Shown here piece by piece: positions 37,574 through 49,502 of a DNA stretch of 64,000 nucleotides. Position 1 is the stretch's first letter, and each line of letters opens with the position of its first letter. This DNA is from Zygnema circumcarinatum SAG 698-1b (lineage: Eukaryota > Plantae > Zygnematophyceae), in contig CM074805.1 of assembly GCA_037447605.1 (NCBI GenBank), forward strand, positions 372,001 through 436,000, given 5' to 3'. The translations under genes were made by a program, and so were the position numbers. The notes beneath the pieces are model-generated. The model had not been told where the DNA came from. It made no database searches and worked only from the letters and a program-made list of their open reading frames with translations.

Positions 37574-40099
37574 CTACCTCGTCAGACAGTTGATCTCCTC
37601 GGTCGAGCATCGCCGATGCGACGACACGGCGACGTCTTGACGCCCTCCCATTGGCTGAAACAAATCGCCGGCCGTCGCAGGAACATTTACAGCCGTCGAT
37701 CGACTGGACTGTTTCCAAGCATTGGATGTCTTTCTGATCGATGACGTGGACGCATCTGGGCCGTCCATTAACTGACACGTGGCCTGATTCGCGCTGCGGC
37801 TCGCCACCACGTTCCAGTTCCTGCGCGCCGAGGCGAATTTCCCGGCTGCCGTACAGGATGAGGTCACTGTCAGACAATCTGACGCAGAAGACGTCGACGA
37901 GGCGGACCCAGAGCTCGACGCGTGGCTCCGCGAATCTCGGGAAGGCAGTGGCGGGGACCACACTGTACGGTCAAGCGTCAGGAAGCGCCGGTCGTAGTAC
38001 GGACGCGATTCGGGGCCAAAATACTGCCGGATCCAGGGGTGCTCTGCAAAACGACAAAAAGGTAAACTCGCATTGACCCTTAAGCGCTAGCCGACAACAT
38101 CATTAAAACTAGAATTTAAACGGTGTCATAAATACGACAAAAAAATATGTCGTCTAGTAACGACACTACCGACCAATAGTGATTTCAGGAGATCACATTT
38201 TTGTCGGGTTATTTAACGGCCGACAGAAAACGTTAGATCGAATCCAACTGTACGAACAGCCATTGGAGGGGCAAACCGACGCAACCACCGACACGAACCA
38301 CTGGCCGACCGATGTACGGACATGCCCCAATGCATGCATCCGTACATGCCGGCATTCACATGCATCTCCGCTCATGGTGCGGATGATGATGATGGTGCAT
38401 GCGGGCATGCATGGCTCACCTTGGATGGCGTCCGGCGCGATGCGCGCGGCGGGGTCCACCACGAGCATGCGGCGGAGGAGGTCCTTGGCGCCCTCCGAGA
38501 TGCCGCGCCACACGCCGCCCTCGAGGGCGAACCGCCCGCGCTGGACCTTCTCGAAGATGCCGGCCCGGTCCTCGGCCCAAAAGGGCGGCACGCCGGAGAG
38601 GAGGATGTACAAGATGACGCCCAAACTCCACACGTCGCATTCGGGGCCGTAGCTTCTTTGCAGGACCTCTGCATCGCGCGCGGCCAGCATCATCATCAGC
38701 AGGAGCACATCAAGAAAAAAAAACTTCATCGTCATGGCATTGCCCCCTCGCACTAACATCAACATGGGGGCTACAACATGGTCACACTCTCATCACATAC
38801 CGGGAGCAATGTAATATGCCGATCCCGTCACAAGCTTCAGGGTATCGCCTGCCACCCCACAATCAAAATCCCCAAAGTTTAGCATCATCAATCCATCCAT
38901 CGAACTTTCAACGTCACCTCCACTTGGATGCAGGTCCATGCATGAGAATGTAAACCCATACCCCACTGGACCCACCCATCCGCCCCATCCCCATGCATAC
39001 CAGGAGCATAAAAGGCGGCCTGCCCAAAGTCAACGACGCGAACATCGGTGTTGCTCTCCCGCGACGCGAGCAGAATGTTCTCCGGCTTCAGGTCGCGGTG
39101 CACCACGCCCCGCCGCCGGCAGTGGCTCAGGACGGAGGCCACCTTGGCAGTCACCACGGCCGCGTCGAGTTCGTCATAGCGGTGGCACTTCTTGATGCGT
39201 CGGAAGAGCTCGCCCCCCCGGCAGTACTCGATGAACATGTACACATTCTGCATGCCATACCATCATCCATCTCGCAACACATACATCATTGCCTTCTCCT
39301 CGACCAAGCGCTGCAACATGTGCAAATGCTCATATCTCAAGACCAACCAAACAATCGTTCTCTTCCTTTCCCCCCTCTCCCCCCCTGCTCTGCTCCCCCC
39401 TTCCCTCCCTCTTACTTTTCCTACCTCTTCATCTTCCGCAGTCCCCTTCAATCCCGCAATGCTCGCGTGGTCCCCGACGAGCTCGAGCGCTTCAATTTCG
39501 CGCCTCAAATCCTTCGCTTCTTGCTTTGTCATCATCTTATTCTTATGTACTATCTTGCAAGCCATGGCTTCCGCGTTCCGCAAATCGACACACAGCCTGA
39601 TGATGCCGCTCATCCCACGACCAAGCTCCCGCCCGAGCGAATACGTCTCCCTCACATTTTCAAAGGGTCGCCCCAACACATTGGTCACACATGGCGTGGG
39701 CTCTACCGACCTCGTCCGCCCCAAATGGTCCGACTCTCTAGGAGGGCCCCCTATGAGTCCTTCTCCCGCAGGGAGAGGAGAGCTCCCTCCCCAGTCGGAG
39801 GTGGGAGAGGGAGGCGGCAGGTTGGGCACGCTCTTTAAGCGCCGCATTCCTGAGGGGGAGCTGGCAGGGAGAGCGAGAGAGATTGGGGAGGAGGGAGAGG
39901 TGTCGGTGACGGCAGGAAGGAGGACATGGCGGTCTTCGGAGGAGAAGGACGCGCCATTGGTGGAGGGGGAGAGAAGAAAAGGAGGGACCTTACAGTCGCT
40001 GACTGGGGGTTTTTGTGAGTGGGAATGGGAGTGGGAATGGGGGGGAGGGGTAGCAGGGAGGCGAGGGAGCTTGCGACGTGGGAAGGAGAAGAGGCCCAT
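37574..40099 (-). CDS. CDPK-family Ser/Thr kinase lacking EF-hand domain (PEPRK/CRK-like), 5 exons
   Basis: Exons ~40099-39424, 39248-39001, 38848-38801, 38669-38420, 38044-37574. [88 protein letters not shown]; EHPWI followed by a Ser-rich tail. Confidence 0.88.
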
Positions 40100-41759
40100 T
40101 TGTTTAGGCCACAATGGCTGTCAGGGGGAGTACAACACCGGGAGAGATGGAGTACACGAGGGAATGAGAGAGCAGGGGAGCGTCCGAACGAGCGGTAGAG
40201 GGAACACGAGGGGGATACAAATGGAGCGGGAGAGCGAGCTGGGGCGAGGGCGGCTAGAGGGAGAGAGAGGCGAGTGGGAGAGAAGACGCGAGGAGGGAGG
40301 GAGGGAGGGAGGGAGGGAGGGCCACAGGGCGCTTGGGCCCATCTGGTCTTTGAGAGCGCGCCGGGCGGCCGCTGGGCGACACGGGGCGGCGCAGGAGGCC
40401 GTGGTTTGTCGCTAGCGCGTAATGGGGCCCCCCGCCCGCCCTCCCTCCTCCCTCCCCCCCCTCTCCACGTGGCGCGCGCCCAGGGCCGGACTGCTGCCGG
40501 GCCGGGGGGGCGGCGGGGCCTGCTGGCAGCGGCGACCGGCGGTGACGGTTCCAGGCGCGGATGGACGGCGGCGGTTTGGATCGGTCGGATCGCCGGTTCG
40601 GGGCGCGTGGGCGGCCGGGACCGGCGTGCCAGTGACGGCGGTCGCGGTTTTGACCGTCGAAAAAGGTACGGTATAGGCTACCGCGGTCGACCGCCGTCGT
40701 AACTAGATTTCCCTCATTTTGTCGCGATCCGGGGGATAGGCCGCTGGGCGGCCGCGGGGACGCACGTGGTTAATGCTGGCGGTAATGGTAATGACGGCAT
40801 GATGGTGGATAATGACGTCTGATTTGGTGTATAGAACAGAAGATTCGCGCTAGACGACAAGTTGGAATGTTGACCGATGAAGGGTTTGCTAGGTCAAGGC
40901 GTACGAACAAGTACGGACGGAAATTCGGGCCGCTAGAGCCAAGGAGGATATGTCAGCCCTACGCGGCCAGGCGTAGGTGGGAGGCCTACGGCGCCTTAGG
41001 GTAGGCCTAGGGCCAGCGGGGCTCTTGTAGGCCTGCGGGCGGTTAAAAAGTTTTGCAAGTGGGTTTGGGCCTGGCAGAATCCGACACGTGTGGACACCGG
41101 GCAGATTTTCGGTTGAGCCGAAGCTGCTGGGCGGCTGGCGCTGACTTCTGCTCGTATCCGGGCAGGGAAAAATCATTTTATTCGGTAATGACTGACGTGG
41201 CATCCAAGGATTGGTGGGTCTGGAGCTGAAATTTCAAAATGAGGGTTTGCTTGGAACGAACTTTCGCCGCCTATAAATGTTTCGCACGTTCGCACGTGCG
41301 AGGGCCGCTTGGTTGTCCAGTGGCCCTCGGCTGCCCGGAGGAGGTTGGCCGCGGTTTGGGAGCTGACGTGGCGCACTGATGGTGACGTGGAGTGTTGACA
41401 TGGAGTACTGACGTGGCGCCCTGGCTGCGCCACTTGAATTCGAATCAGATGACGCTCTGATTCCACGTTGACATTTTGATCCGAAATGGAAAAACGATAA
41501 CTGTTGAGCTTCCGGAGGAAGCGTCCATACAGATTTTGGGTCAACGGAGAAACGGAGAAAAACCAGTTCGACAGATTTCCACACATGGAGCCTGATTTCT
41601 CAAATTTCCTACTGTAGCAGAACTGCAACAGAGATAAAACGTAATTCGCAACTGGATCGGAACGGCGCGTAACTGGAACTGGAGCATGAAACCTTGAAGC
41701 AGGAAGTGCTCAGTACATGGAACCCTGAAAAATAGGAGAAAAATATTGAGAATGTGATA

Positions 41760-42243
41760 CAGTCTAATCACGTTATAGTGACTGTGTCGGTCCCCACACA
41801 TTTGTGTCACTATATCGGTAATGACCCGTTTGTCATTTCACATTTATAGTAACAATGTTATTACATATATTTTTGCGGTATATCCGTACGACTTTGATAC
41901 CGTACATTGTACTTTTTGGGCAGTCGTCACGTGGGTAGGTGTGTACGAACCCTAGTGAGCATGTGTACGGGCAAGTTGACATGTACGGTCAAGTCGATAT
42001 CTGACGATATTAGTCGATAATATGTACGGTCGTAATATATTTGTAATGCATATTCCAATACGTGGGTGGATAATATCGACATTTTGAATATATAGTAACA
42101 ATCAGGGTTTTTCAACGTCATTATATCCGTAATGGCGTCACTACTGGCGCAGGATCTGCAGTGGTGCAATTCCGTTGCCGGAAAAAAAGTCAGAATATCC
42201 ATGCTGTTCTTATAAACAGTGTCACTATAACGTGATTAGACTG
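41760..42243. mobile_element. Non-autonomous Tc1/mariner-type MITE (484 bp)
   Basis: Perfect 23-bp TIRs CAGTCTAATCACGTTATAGTGAC (41760-41782) and its reverse complement (42221-42243), flanked by TA on both sides (41758-59, 42244-45); AT-rich non-coding interior. Confidence 0.85.
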
Positions 42244-42952
42244 TAATGAATACCCTCCTACCAATTAGGTTGAGAAATCGAACATTTTTTTACTTAATTC
42301 TTCAATGGTCAATTGAAAAGTTTCTGTTGAACTTTGAAGAGCTGGATCGGATGTTTTGGAACTTGAGAAGTTGACCAGTATGAAAAAAAAAGTTCAGCAG
42401 TTCAATATTTTCGCTTACACGTGTAAATTCCAAACTTTGCCACGTAGGATTCAAGCAGGATGAGGGATGTCCTTACTGTAACTCCGGCCCAAGTTTCGCC
42501 GTACTGTACGACATTTTTCGCCAGATCAACTATTACTGTACGGTATAAATGGATTCCACCACCGTACGGCAATGGAAACCAGAAACGGGTCCACCACTTT
42601 GCGATTCGCCAGAATCTCATAGTTGATCGGTGGATCCAAAGTACTGTAAGTCGAAATTGAACGACACTTGAAGTTCATTATTCAATGTTTAACAAGGACT
42701 CTGGTTTAAAAAAAAAACACTTTAAACCAGAAACTGTTCTTTTTTTGAACTGCAGTTTCGAAAGTTTATTTTTTCGAGAAGCCAAAATCTTCAACTTCTT
42801 ATGTGTTGAACCAAATTGGTAGTAAGTAGGAATACTGTAAGACGAGTGAGCTCCATAACCCTAAAATGCGCACCACCAGCATGCATATGCTTTGAAGCAC
42901 TGCAGATTCATATCTGCAACAAAAGGTTTTGCATGGGAAGGAATACTCTCGC

Positions 42953-45900
42953 ATGGCTGCATCCAGCAGGGCTGCTTATGCCGAGCTGCATCCTGATGCT
43001 GATAAGCAGCGTTGGAATCGCATGTTGAGATGCAGCCCTCCCCCTCGCCTCCCTACCGCCCATCCTGCTCCGCGCAAAAGGAAGCCTGAGCAAGATGTCC
43101 TGGAATGCCGCACCGTTTGGGATCTTCTGACGCCTGCAGCGAAGCGCACGCGGGGACTGGAGTATCTGCAAGAGGTGCAGAAGAGGAAGGCGCTTGAATC
43201 ATCAAGTTTAGGGCGAACAATAGAGGATTACACTGTCAAGGTTCCCAGATTTCGTGCTCCCTTTGCAATGCGCGGTCTGGAGGTGCCTGCAGTGAGAAGA
43301 ATGGAAGAGATTAGGCCACGGGCTCTCTTGCCTGTGCTTGTTCCCTGGGATTCCATGTCGGTGCATGCTTCAAGAGATGTAAAGGGGGCAGGTGCTTCCT
43401 CAGATGCTTTGAACGAATCGTGCATAGAGGAGGAAAGGCGGAAGCAGGAGATTTTTCATTTGGGATGGCAGAACCCGAGGGCAGGGAAGGAGGCGGACAA
43501 TGGCGCCGGCAAAGTTGAAGAAGAGAGAGAGTATGTGTCCGGAAAGGCGAAGGATGGGGAGGGACAGGAGGAAGGGAGGGATCCGAGGCCTGCTTGGAAG
43601 AAGCTGCTTGATAAAGTTGCGCCTCCTGACGATGGAAGGGAAACGGAGTTACAGCTTCTAATGAAGAAGTTGGAAGCGGTGCAACTGAACTCACAAGCTG
43701 TTCTGAACAAGTGGATATTCAAAAAGAAAGTGAAAGAATCGTTCATTCCTGTGGTAGGTGAAAAAAATGGAGACTTTCTCTGTTGGGCTGCGCAGCCTTA
43801 TTCTTCATCATGCACGCATTTTCTTTCTTTTCTTGGTTTCTGTGCTTAAAAGGTGAAAAGCCGTATTTCTTTTTGGGTTAAAAAATGGTCTGTAGGATTC
43901 TGCTATAGCGCCACTTTCAGCTGAAGCGGAGGAAGCAGTGGAAGCAGCCTTATCAAGACGCGGGTGAGCGAAAAATGAGCTAGAATTTTAATCTGCCCCT
44001 ACCTGACCTTAACCCTAACCTTAACCTAACCCTAACCCTAACCCTAACCCTAAACCTAACCCTAACCCTAACTCTAACCGTAACCCTAACCTTAACCCTA
44101 ACCCTAACCCTAACCCTATCCAAATTGTAATTTGTCCCTTGGAGTTGCTTCCTCTGAGAGCATGATACTGAATTAACGTTCGCTTCTAGGACCTCTGATT
44201 TCTCTGAATTTTTCACTTGTGCTCAAGTTGACGAGCTTGAACTTGCAAGCCCGTCGGTTAAGCTCGATGCTTTGCTCCTCGTTACCGCGCTTGCATTCGA
44301 AGCGTCCTTTTTTTGAAGTGCTTTGTCGAGGCTTGTATGCAGATGCGTGTATGTCTACACACGCACATACATGTATAGATGCATACACGTACATCGTGGA
44401 CGCATGCTTACATGAGCGTGACTCTAAAAAATAGGAGCTGCCTTTGTTGAGTTCTGCAGGGTCGATCTTCTGGTGGAGCACAAAGAAACAAACATTGCAA
44501 TAACGCGTGACATGATGCAGTGCCTCCTGCCAGGGGAGTGGCTCAACGATGAGGTGGGTGCTACTAGCAAGCTATTGCCGTATTTAAAATTTAAATATGT
44601 CAATTATTTTGAAGATTTTAGAAGTGCCGACCTTGTCCCTTGTCCCTTGTCCCTTGTCCCTTGTATCTATTGAATTCGACCATCCTACTTATTATCTTCT
44701 TTAGAAATTGCGGCAAACTTCAGCAACTGAAGTACCTTGAAAGAAACCCCTTGATCCAATTTAAGACATGCAGATTGAAACTTTGCAAGACTCGATTATT
44801 TTGTTTCTGTTCCTAGGTGATAAATCTTTATTTGGCACTTCTGAAGGAAAGAGAGGTGAGGAATGCCAAGAAGCGCCTTACATGTCATTTTTTCAACACA
44901 TTTTTTTATAATAAGGTACGCTATAATCTCCTAATGCTGCATCCCCCTATTCTTGACTTTGTATGCTGTCACATTATGCTCTGAGGGGTATGTGTCCTTT
45001 TTTACATGAAGCTTGAGCGGGGATGTTCATGTATGTTGATGCTTGGTTCCATGTCTATTTGTATGAATGAATGTATGGCCGTATTTGCTCGTGCGTGTGC
45101 AGCTGTACAGCGATAGAAGGCAATATGACTACAAAGGGGTGCGGAGATGGACAACTCAGAAGCGGCTTGGGTACACTTTGATGGACTGTGATAAGGTTGT
45201 TATACATAACTCTCCAGTTCTTGTTCCAGACCCACTTCTGTATTGCTGAAAAATCCCCTTCCCTTCCCTTCCCTTTCTTTTTTATGTTGGGACTAGTTCT
45301 CCTTGCCACCTTGTTGAAGTAAGTTACGTCGAAACAAGCCAAGTAGTGGTATGTGGGAGGTTGGGCAGATCATTGTGCCCGTTCATCAACAGATCCATTG
45401 GACAGTTGCAGTGATCAATATACGAGATCAGCGGTTGGAGTTTTTCGACTCCTTGCGTGGACCAGACAATGGCTGCTTGGATAATCTGGTGCAGAAAACG
45501 ACATCCACCCATCATGCAGTGCATTAGCAAACCTAAATAGCACAAACTACGAAGCCCCGATATGTCAGCTTTTCTCCTTCCGGCTATACACTCTCCTTCC
45601 ATCGTGTGAGAATAGGGCTCACATTTTATGTTCTGCCTCCAATAGCAGTGAGTTCTTTCTGATGTGTCTCGTTTTGCCGACGTCTCTCTCTCTCCCTCGC
45701 GCCCCCTCCCTCCATCTCTCCCTCTCCCTCTCCCTCTCTCGCTCCCTCTGTGACAGGCACGATATATCATGGATGACGCGAAAGACAAGTGTGGTGTGAA
45801 TTTGGATGTGAGATCGTGGCCTCGCACGTGCCCTGAAGACATCCCTTTGCAGCTCAACGGGTGCGAAGAAGCCGTGGGCGAATTGTGGTTTTGCATGAGC

Positions 45901-46882
45901 TTCAGCATAGCCATGCCAGGAGTGGGGAGGAATTGGAGAGGGGGAGAAAATAGAGTGTGAGGGAGAAGGTAGAAGCGGGCATTTGAGAGAGGTATAGGGA
46001 GAAAGTGGAAGAGGAGGTTGCAGAAACGCTGAAAAGAGTGAGATGGAAAGGGAGCAGGGCAGAGGTTATGGATTTAAAGAAGTCTTTATTGAGAGGTAAT
46101 GTGATTTGAAGTCTGGGACGAGGGTGAGAGAGGGTATGAGAGAGAATTTCAAGTATCCCAAAACGATAGACCTTTAATCATGTCATTCTGACAAGTATAC
46201 TGCAATTGTGGTGCAGCTGTGACTGTGGCGTGTTCATGGTGAAGTACGCGGACTATCAGAGCCGAGATGCCCCTCTTACATTTGATCAGGTGAGGCCACT
46301 TCTTGGCCCTAAAGAACTTCTCCATCTTCTTCTTCTTCTTCACTTCTTCTTCTTCTCTTCTCCTTCTAATTCTCTTCTTCTTCTTCTCCTTTCCATGCAC
46401 GACTTTGTTCCTTTGTTTTTTCGTCCACTCTCCTTCTCGTACTCGCACACTCATTCACCAAAAAACTGAGTCGATAGCCTCCATAAACGAGCAACCCGCC
46501 CTCTTCTCCCCCCCCCTTTCCTCTTGCCTCCTCCTCTCATCCGTAACCTGTACCATCAAAACTCTGCAAACACTGAATTCTCAGAACACCCTATACTAGC
46601 TCTCCCCTTCCTATTTTGTCTATTGCAGTCTCGCAATGATGCCAGAGAGTGCTCCACAAAGTCAGTTGTTTGGTTAGCGAATAGACGCAGTAAATGGTTG
46701 CGTGTGGGTTGAATTCAATTTTAAACGGAAAACGTATGCACTATTAGTACCGGTAAGGTCAACATCTCACGATGCTTTCACACGCCTCCAACTATGGCAT
46801 GGAACTTTGTGAGCAGAAGCACATGAACTACTTCCGTCGTCGTATGGTCTGGGAGTTGCTTCGGCTTCAAGCAGAAGACTAG
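42953..46882 (+). CDS. ULP1: SUMO protease, ULP1/ESD4-like (peptidase C48); start codon uncertain
   Basis: LLPGEWLNDE|VINLYLALLKERE..CHFFNTFFYNK|LY..YDYKGVRRWTTQKRLGYTLMDCDK|IIVPVHQQIHWTVAVIN..FFDSL; IPLQLNG|CDCGVFMVKYADY; HMNYFRRRMVWELL..* (TAG 46880-46882). His-Asp-Cys triad present. Confidence 0.93.
44006..44117. repeat. Interstitial telomere-like (TAACCC)n array in ULP1 intron
   Basis: About 18 hexamer units, mostly TAACCC with variants. Confidence 0.85.
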
Positions 46883-48782
46883 GGATGGGAGAATGAGAAG
46901 TGAGGCGTTTTGAGTTCCAGGGTCACAGCGTATTAAGGTATTTGGAGCTTTGGGAGTATTTGGAAGTTTAGAAAGATAGTCTGAGGAAGATTGCAGAGAG
47001 AGAGAGAAAGAGGGGAGAGAGAGTGGAGAGTGAAGAGTGTATTTTTGGAGGATAATGTTCAAGGAGGTGACGCACTGAGGGGAGGGAGGAGAGAGTGCAA
47101 CTTTAGAGTGACGTTTAGAAGAGGGAGTGAGGTAGAGAGAGGTACGGAGAAAGAGAGGGAGAGAAGGAAGAATGGGAGGTGAGATGGTAGGAAGGTGGGA
47201 AGGGTGGCCTATGTTCATGTTCAGGAATACTTCAACAGATTTTTTGGTCTTGTGTCTTCTCGGCAATGTCCGAGTATCATTCCTATTTTTTATCCTGCAG
47301 GGATGAGAAGGTCTCAACGTAGCTCGATTGGTCGGTCAGTTGAACGAGCACACGCCGCTTTCCATTTTTAGGAACGTTAGGTCACGAAGCAGGTGCTACT
47401 TCGAGTTAGATACATCCAATGAAGCGTTTCATGTGTACAGCTTGAAGTTCGGATTGCGGAAAAAAAAAAAAAAAACTGTGTTTACAGCATTCACAGTCGT
47501 CAGTGACAGAGGGCGGCAGTGTGGTGGGTTATGTTTGTCGACATCTCAGTGGCTGTCACAATGGCAGTCATAAGGGGTGTGATGTCAATTAAGTTGACAT
47601 ATCGATGAATGGTGTTGACATGTGTTGTTGCGGAAAACGACCATTGGAAATGATGATGATGTCAATGACAAGGATGGACCTATGAAGTCTCTGATCCGAC
47701 GACACTGTTATGATACTTGCAAAAGTGAAATGGCTAATGGATAAAATCTGCAAAAAGAAAGAATGTAGTCATCAGTCATCATTCCGCTTAAAGGCTCCAT
47801 TTCAGAGGGCGGGGGGGAGAGGTGGGAGCTAGAGGATGAGGGCGAGAAGGAGAGGGTCAAGAGAGGAAAGGAGGGACAGATTACGGGAGAGAGGGAGTGA
47901 GGTAGCAGGGGAAGAGGGATGGGAGAGGATCATTTCTACGGTAAATGAAGCATCACAGCTCATCGCAACTACGGGAGACTATAAACGCTTCGTATCAGTT
48001 TTTCTTATTTTGAAATGGATTTCTGGACATGTCCAAAAAATAAACAATCAAATTAATTATAAAAAAATGCGCTACCTGTTTGCCTACGAGGGGCACTTCC
48101 TCTTCCTGCTAATCTCTAACCTTTAGGAAAGTATTGACAAAAAAAGGGTCCCATTTCCTTCTACGTAAGAAAAGGGATCCCGAAGCATATTTAAGCTGAA
48201 AAAGTCAAGAGTCAGACTACCCCTCCTGAGCTACCTAGGGGCTAACAAAGGAGCGAAACAATAAATCAACCAAAATGGCAGGAATTGTCGAAATAAATTG
48301 AATGAAATTGGTCGCGTTTTTGTGCGATGCTCGCACTTTTTGCTTTTTCCTTTATTTTATCGATCCATCTCCTCGAGCAGGCTGCTGCACCGCCGCCGCT
48401 TTCTCCCTCCGTTGCCCCCAACTGATAAAGGCGGAACTTCACCACATGGAGACGGTCGTTTCCGTTGACTTCTATTCCCCGGGCTTTCTGGTCCTCTCCC
48501 AGAACATAACTTTGACCCAAACATCGACTTCTCGCCAGTCTTCTTCTTCTTCTCGTTTATCCTTTGCTACCGAAAAAAAAATATAATTGAGCCCCTTTTT
48601 TCTCACCATCTTTCACGTTCAACTTGCCAATAGAACTCCCCCAAGTTCCATCCATTTCCCACATTATTTAATTTTCCAACCTGGCTCCATTCAACCTTCA
48701 CAAAAATGCGAGCGAATTTCGAAAACTTCGTGGAAGCCCCACTTCAAAACCCCAAAATCCTAAACTTAAAAACCCTCAACTT

Positions 48783-49502
48783 CTACGGATTCTCGCACCC
48801 GGGTACCTTAACGCAGCTCCGTACAACTCCTTCTCCGCCGCGGCTTTCGCATGTGCACACCCTGCACCGATTCCCCGGCTTCGGAACCCCCACCGCTCCC
48901 ACCGCATAGAAATACGGACCCCAGTTGGGCCCCGCCGAAACGCACATGGGCACGTGCTCCGCCTCACATTTCCCCAAATGGGTCCTCTCCCCTCCCACCA
49001 CAACGCCCCCCCCCGGCCTCACAATGCGGCAGCTGCTCTGAATCTGGTAGGGGCACCCCCTTCCCACGGTGGTGCCGTTAGCGTTAACGTAGCAGGGCGG
49101 GAGGGGCTCGCAGTCACATGTGGCTCTGTTCTGTCCACGCCGTTGCGGGTAACTGTTGCATGTGCACAGCTCGCACGTGGCGGGGCCGTACGGGGGAATG
49201 TGCTTCACTCCCGTGGCGAAGCGGTAGGGCCCCGCAGTGCAGTACGAGAAGCGGGGGGGCGGGGAGCGGCAGGTTCCATGCAGGAACCCGTTGGACGGAA
49301 CGGCGGAACTGAAGATGCATGCGACGGGGTCGCCGCCGCAGAAGGGAGGGGTCCAGCTGTAGTTCGCGGCGAGCTGACACGGGGCGCCGTTGGGGAGAGA
49401 GGGGATGGAGGAGCTCGCGGCGGCGAGGGAGGAGGCGGCGAACAGGGAGAGGAGGAGGAGGAAGAGGTGGAAGTGGGTAGGCTTGGCTGCGGGAAACGCC
49501 AT
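48783..49502 (-). CDS. Secreted Cys-rich protein (239 aa) with two 10-Cys repeats containing VWC-like motifs; intronless
   Basis: Signal peptide FHLFLLLLSLFAASSLAAA; 20 Cys; repeated GxC..C..GP..(Y/F)..G..CxxCTC..C pattern; high GC3. Confidence 0.8.
   Translation of the reverse strand: MAFPAAKPTHFHLFLLLLSLFAASSLAAASSSIPSLPNGAPCQLAANYSWTPPFCGGDPVACIFSSAVPSNGFLHGTCRSPPPRFSYCTAGPYRFATGVKHIPPYGPATCELCTCNSYPQRRGQNRATCDCEPLPPCYVNANGTTVGRGCPYQIQSSCRIVRPGGGVVVGGERTHLGKCEAEHVPMCVSAGPNWGPYFYAVGAVGVPKPGNRCRVCTCESRGGEGVVRSCVKVPGCENP

Noticed and set aside
39192-40415. 407-aa plus-strand ORF
   Set aside because: Antisense shadow of the GC-rich kinase exon; no recognisable motifs.
42701-42730. CTGGTTTAAA/TTTAAACCAG hairpin as a terminator
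   Set aside because: Eukaryotic context, AT-rich and short; likely chance.
30437-46882. Ubiquitin-like gene cluster (small Ubl-like protein, PUX1, ULP1)
   Set aside because: No evidence of functional linkage; proximity is plausible by chance in a gene-dense genome.
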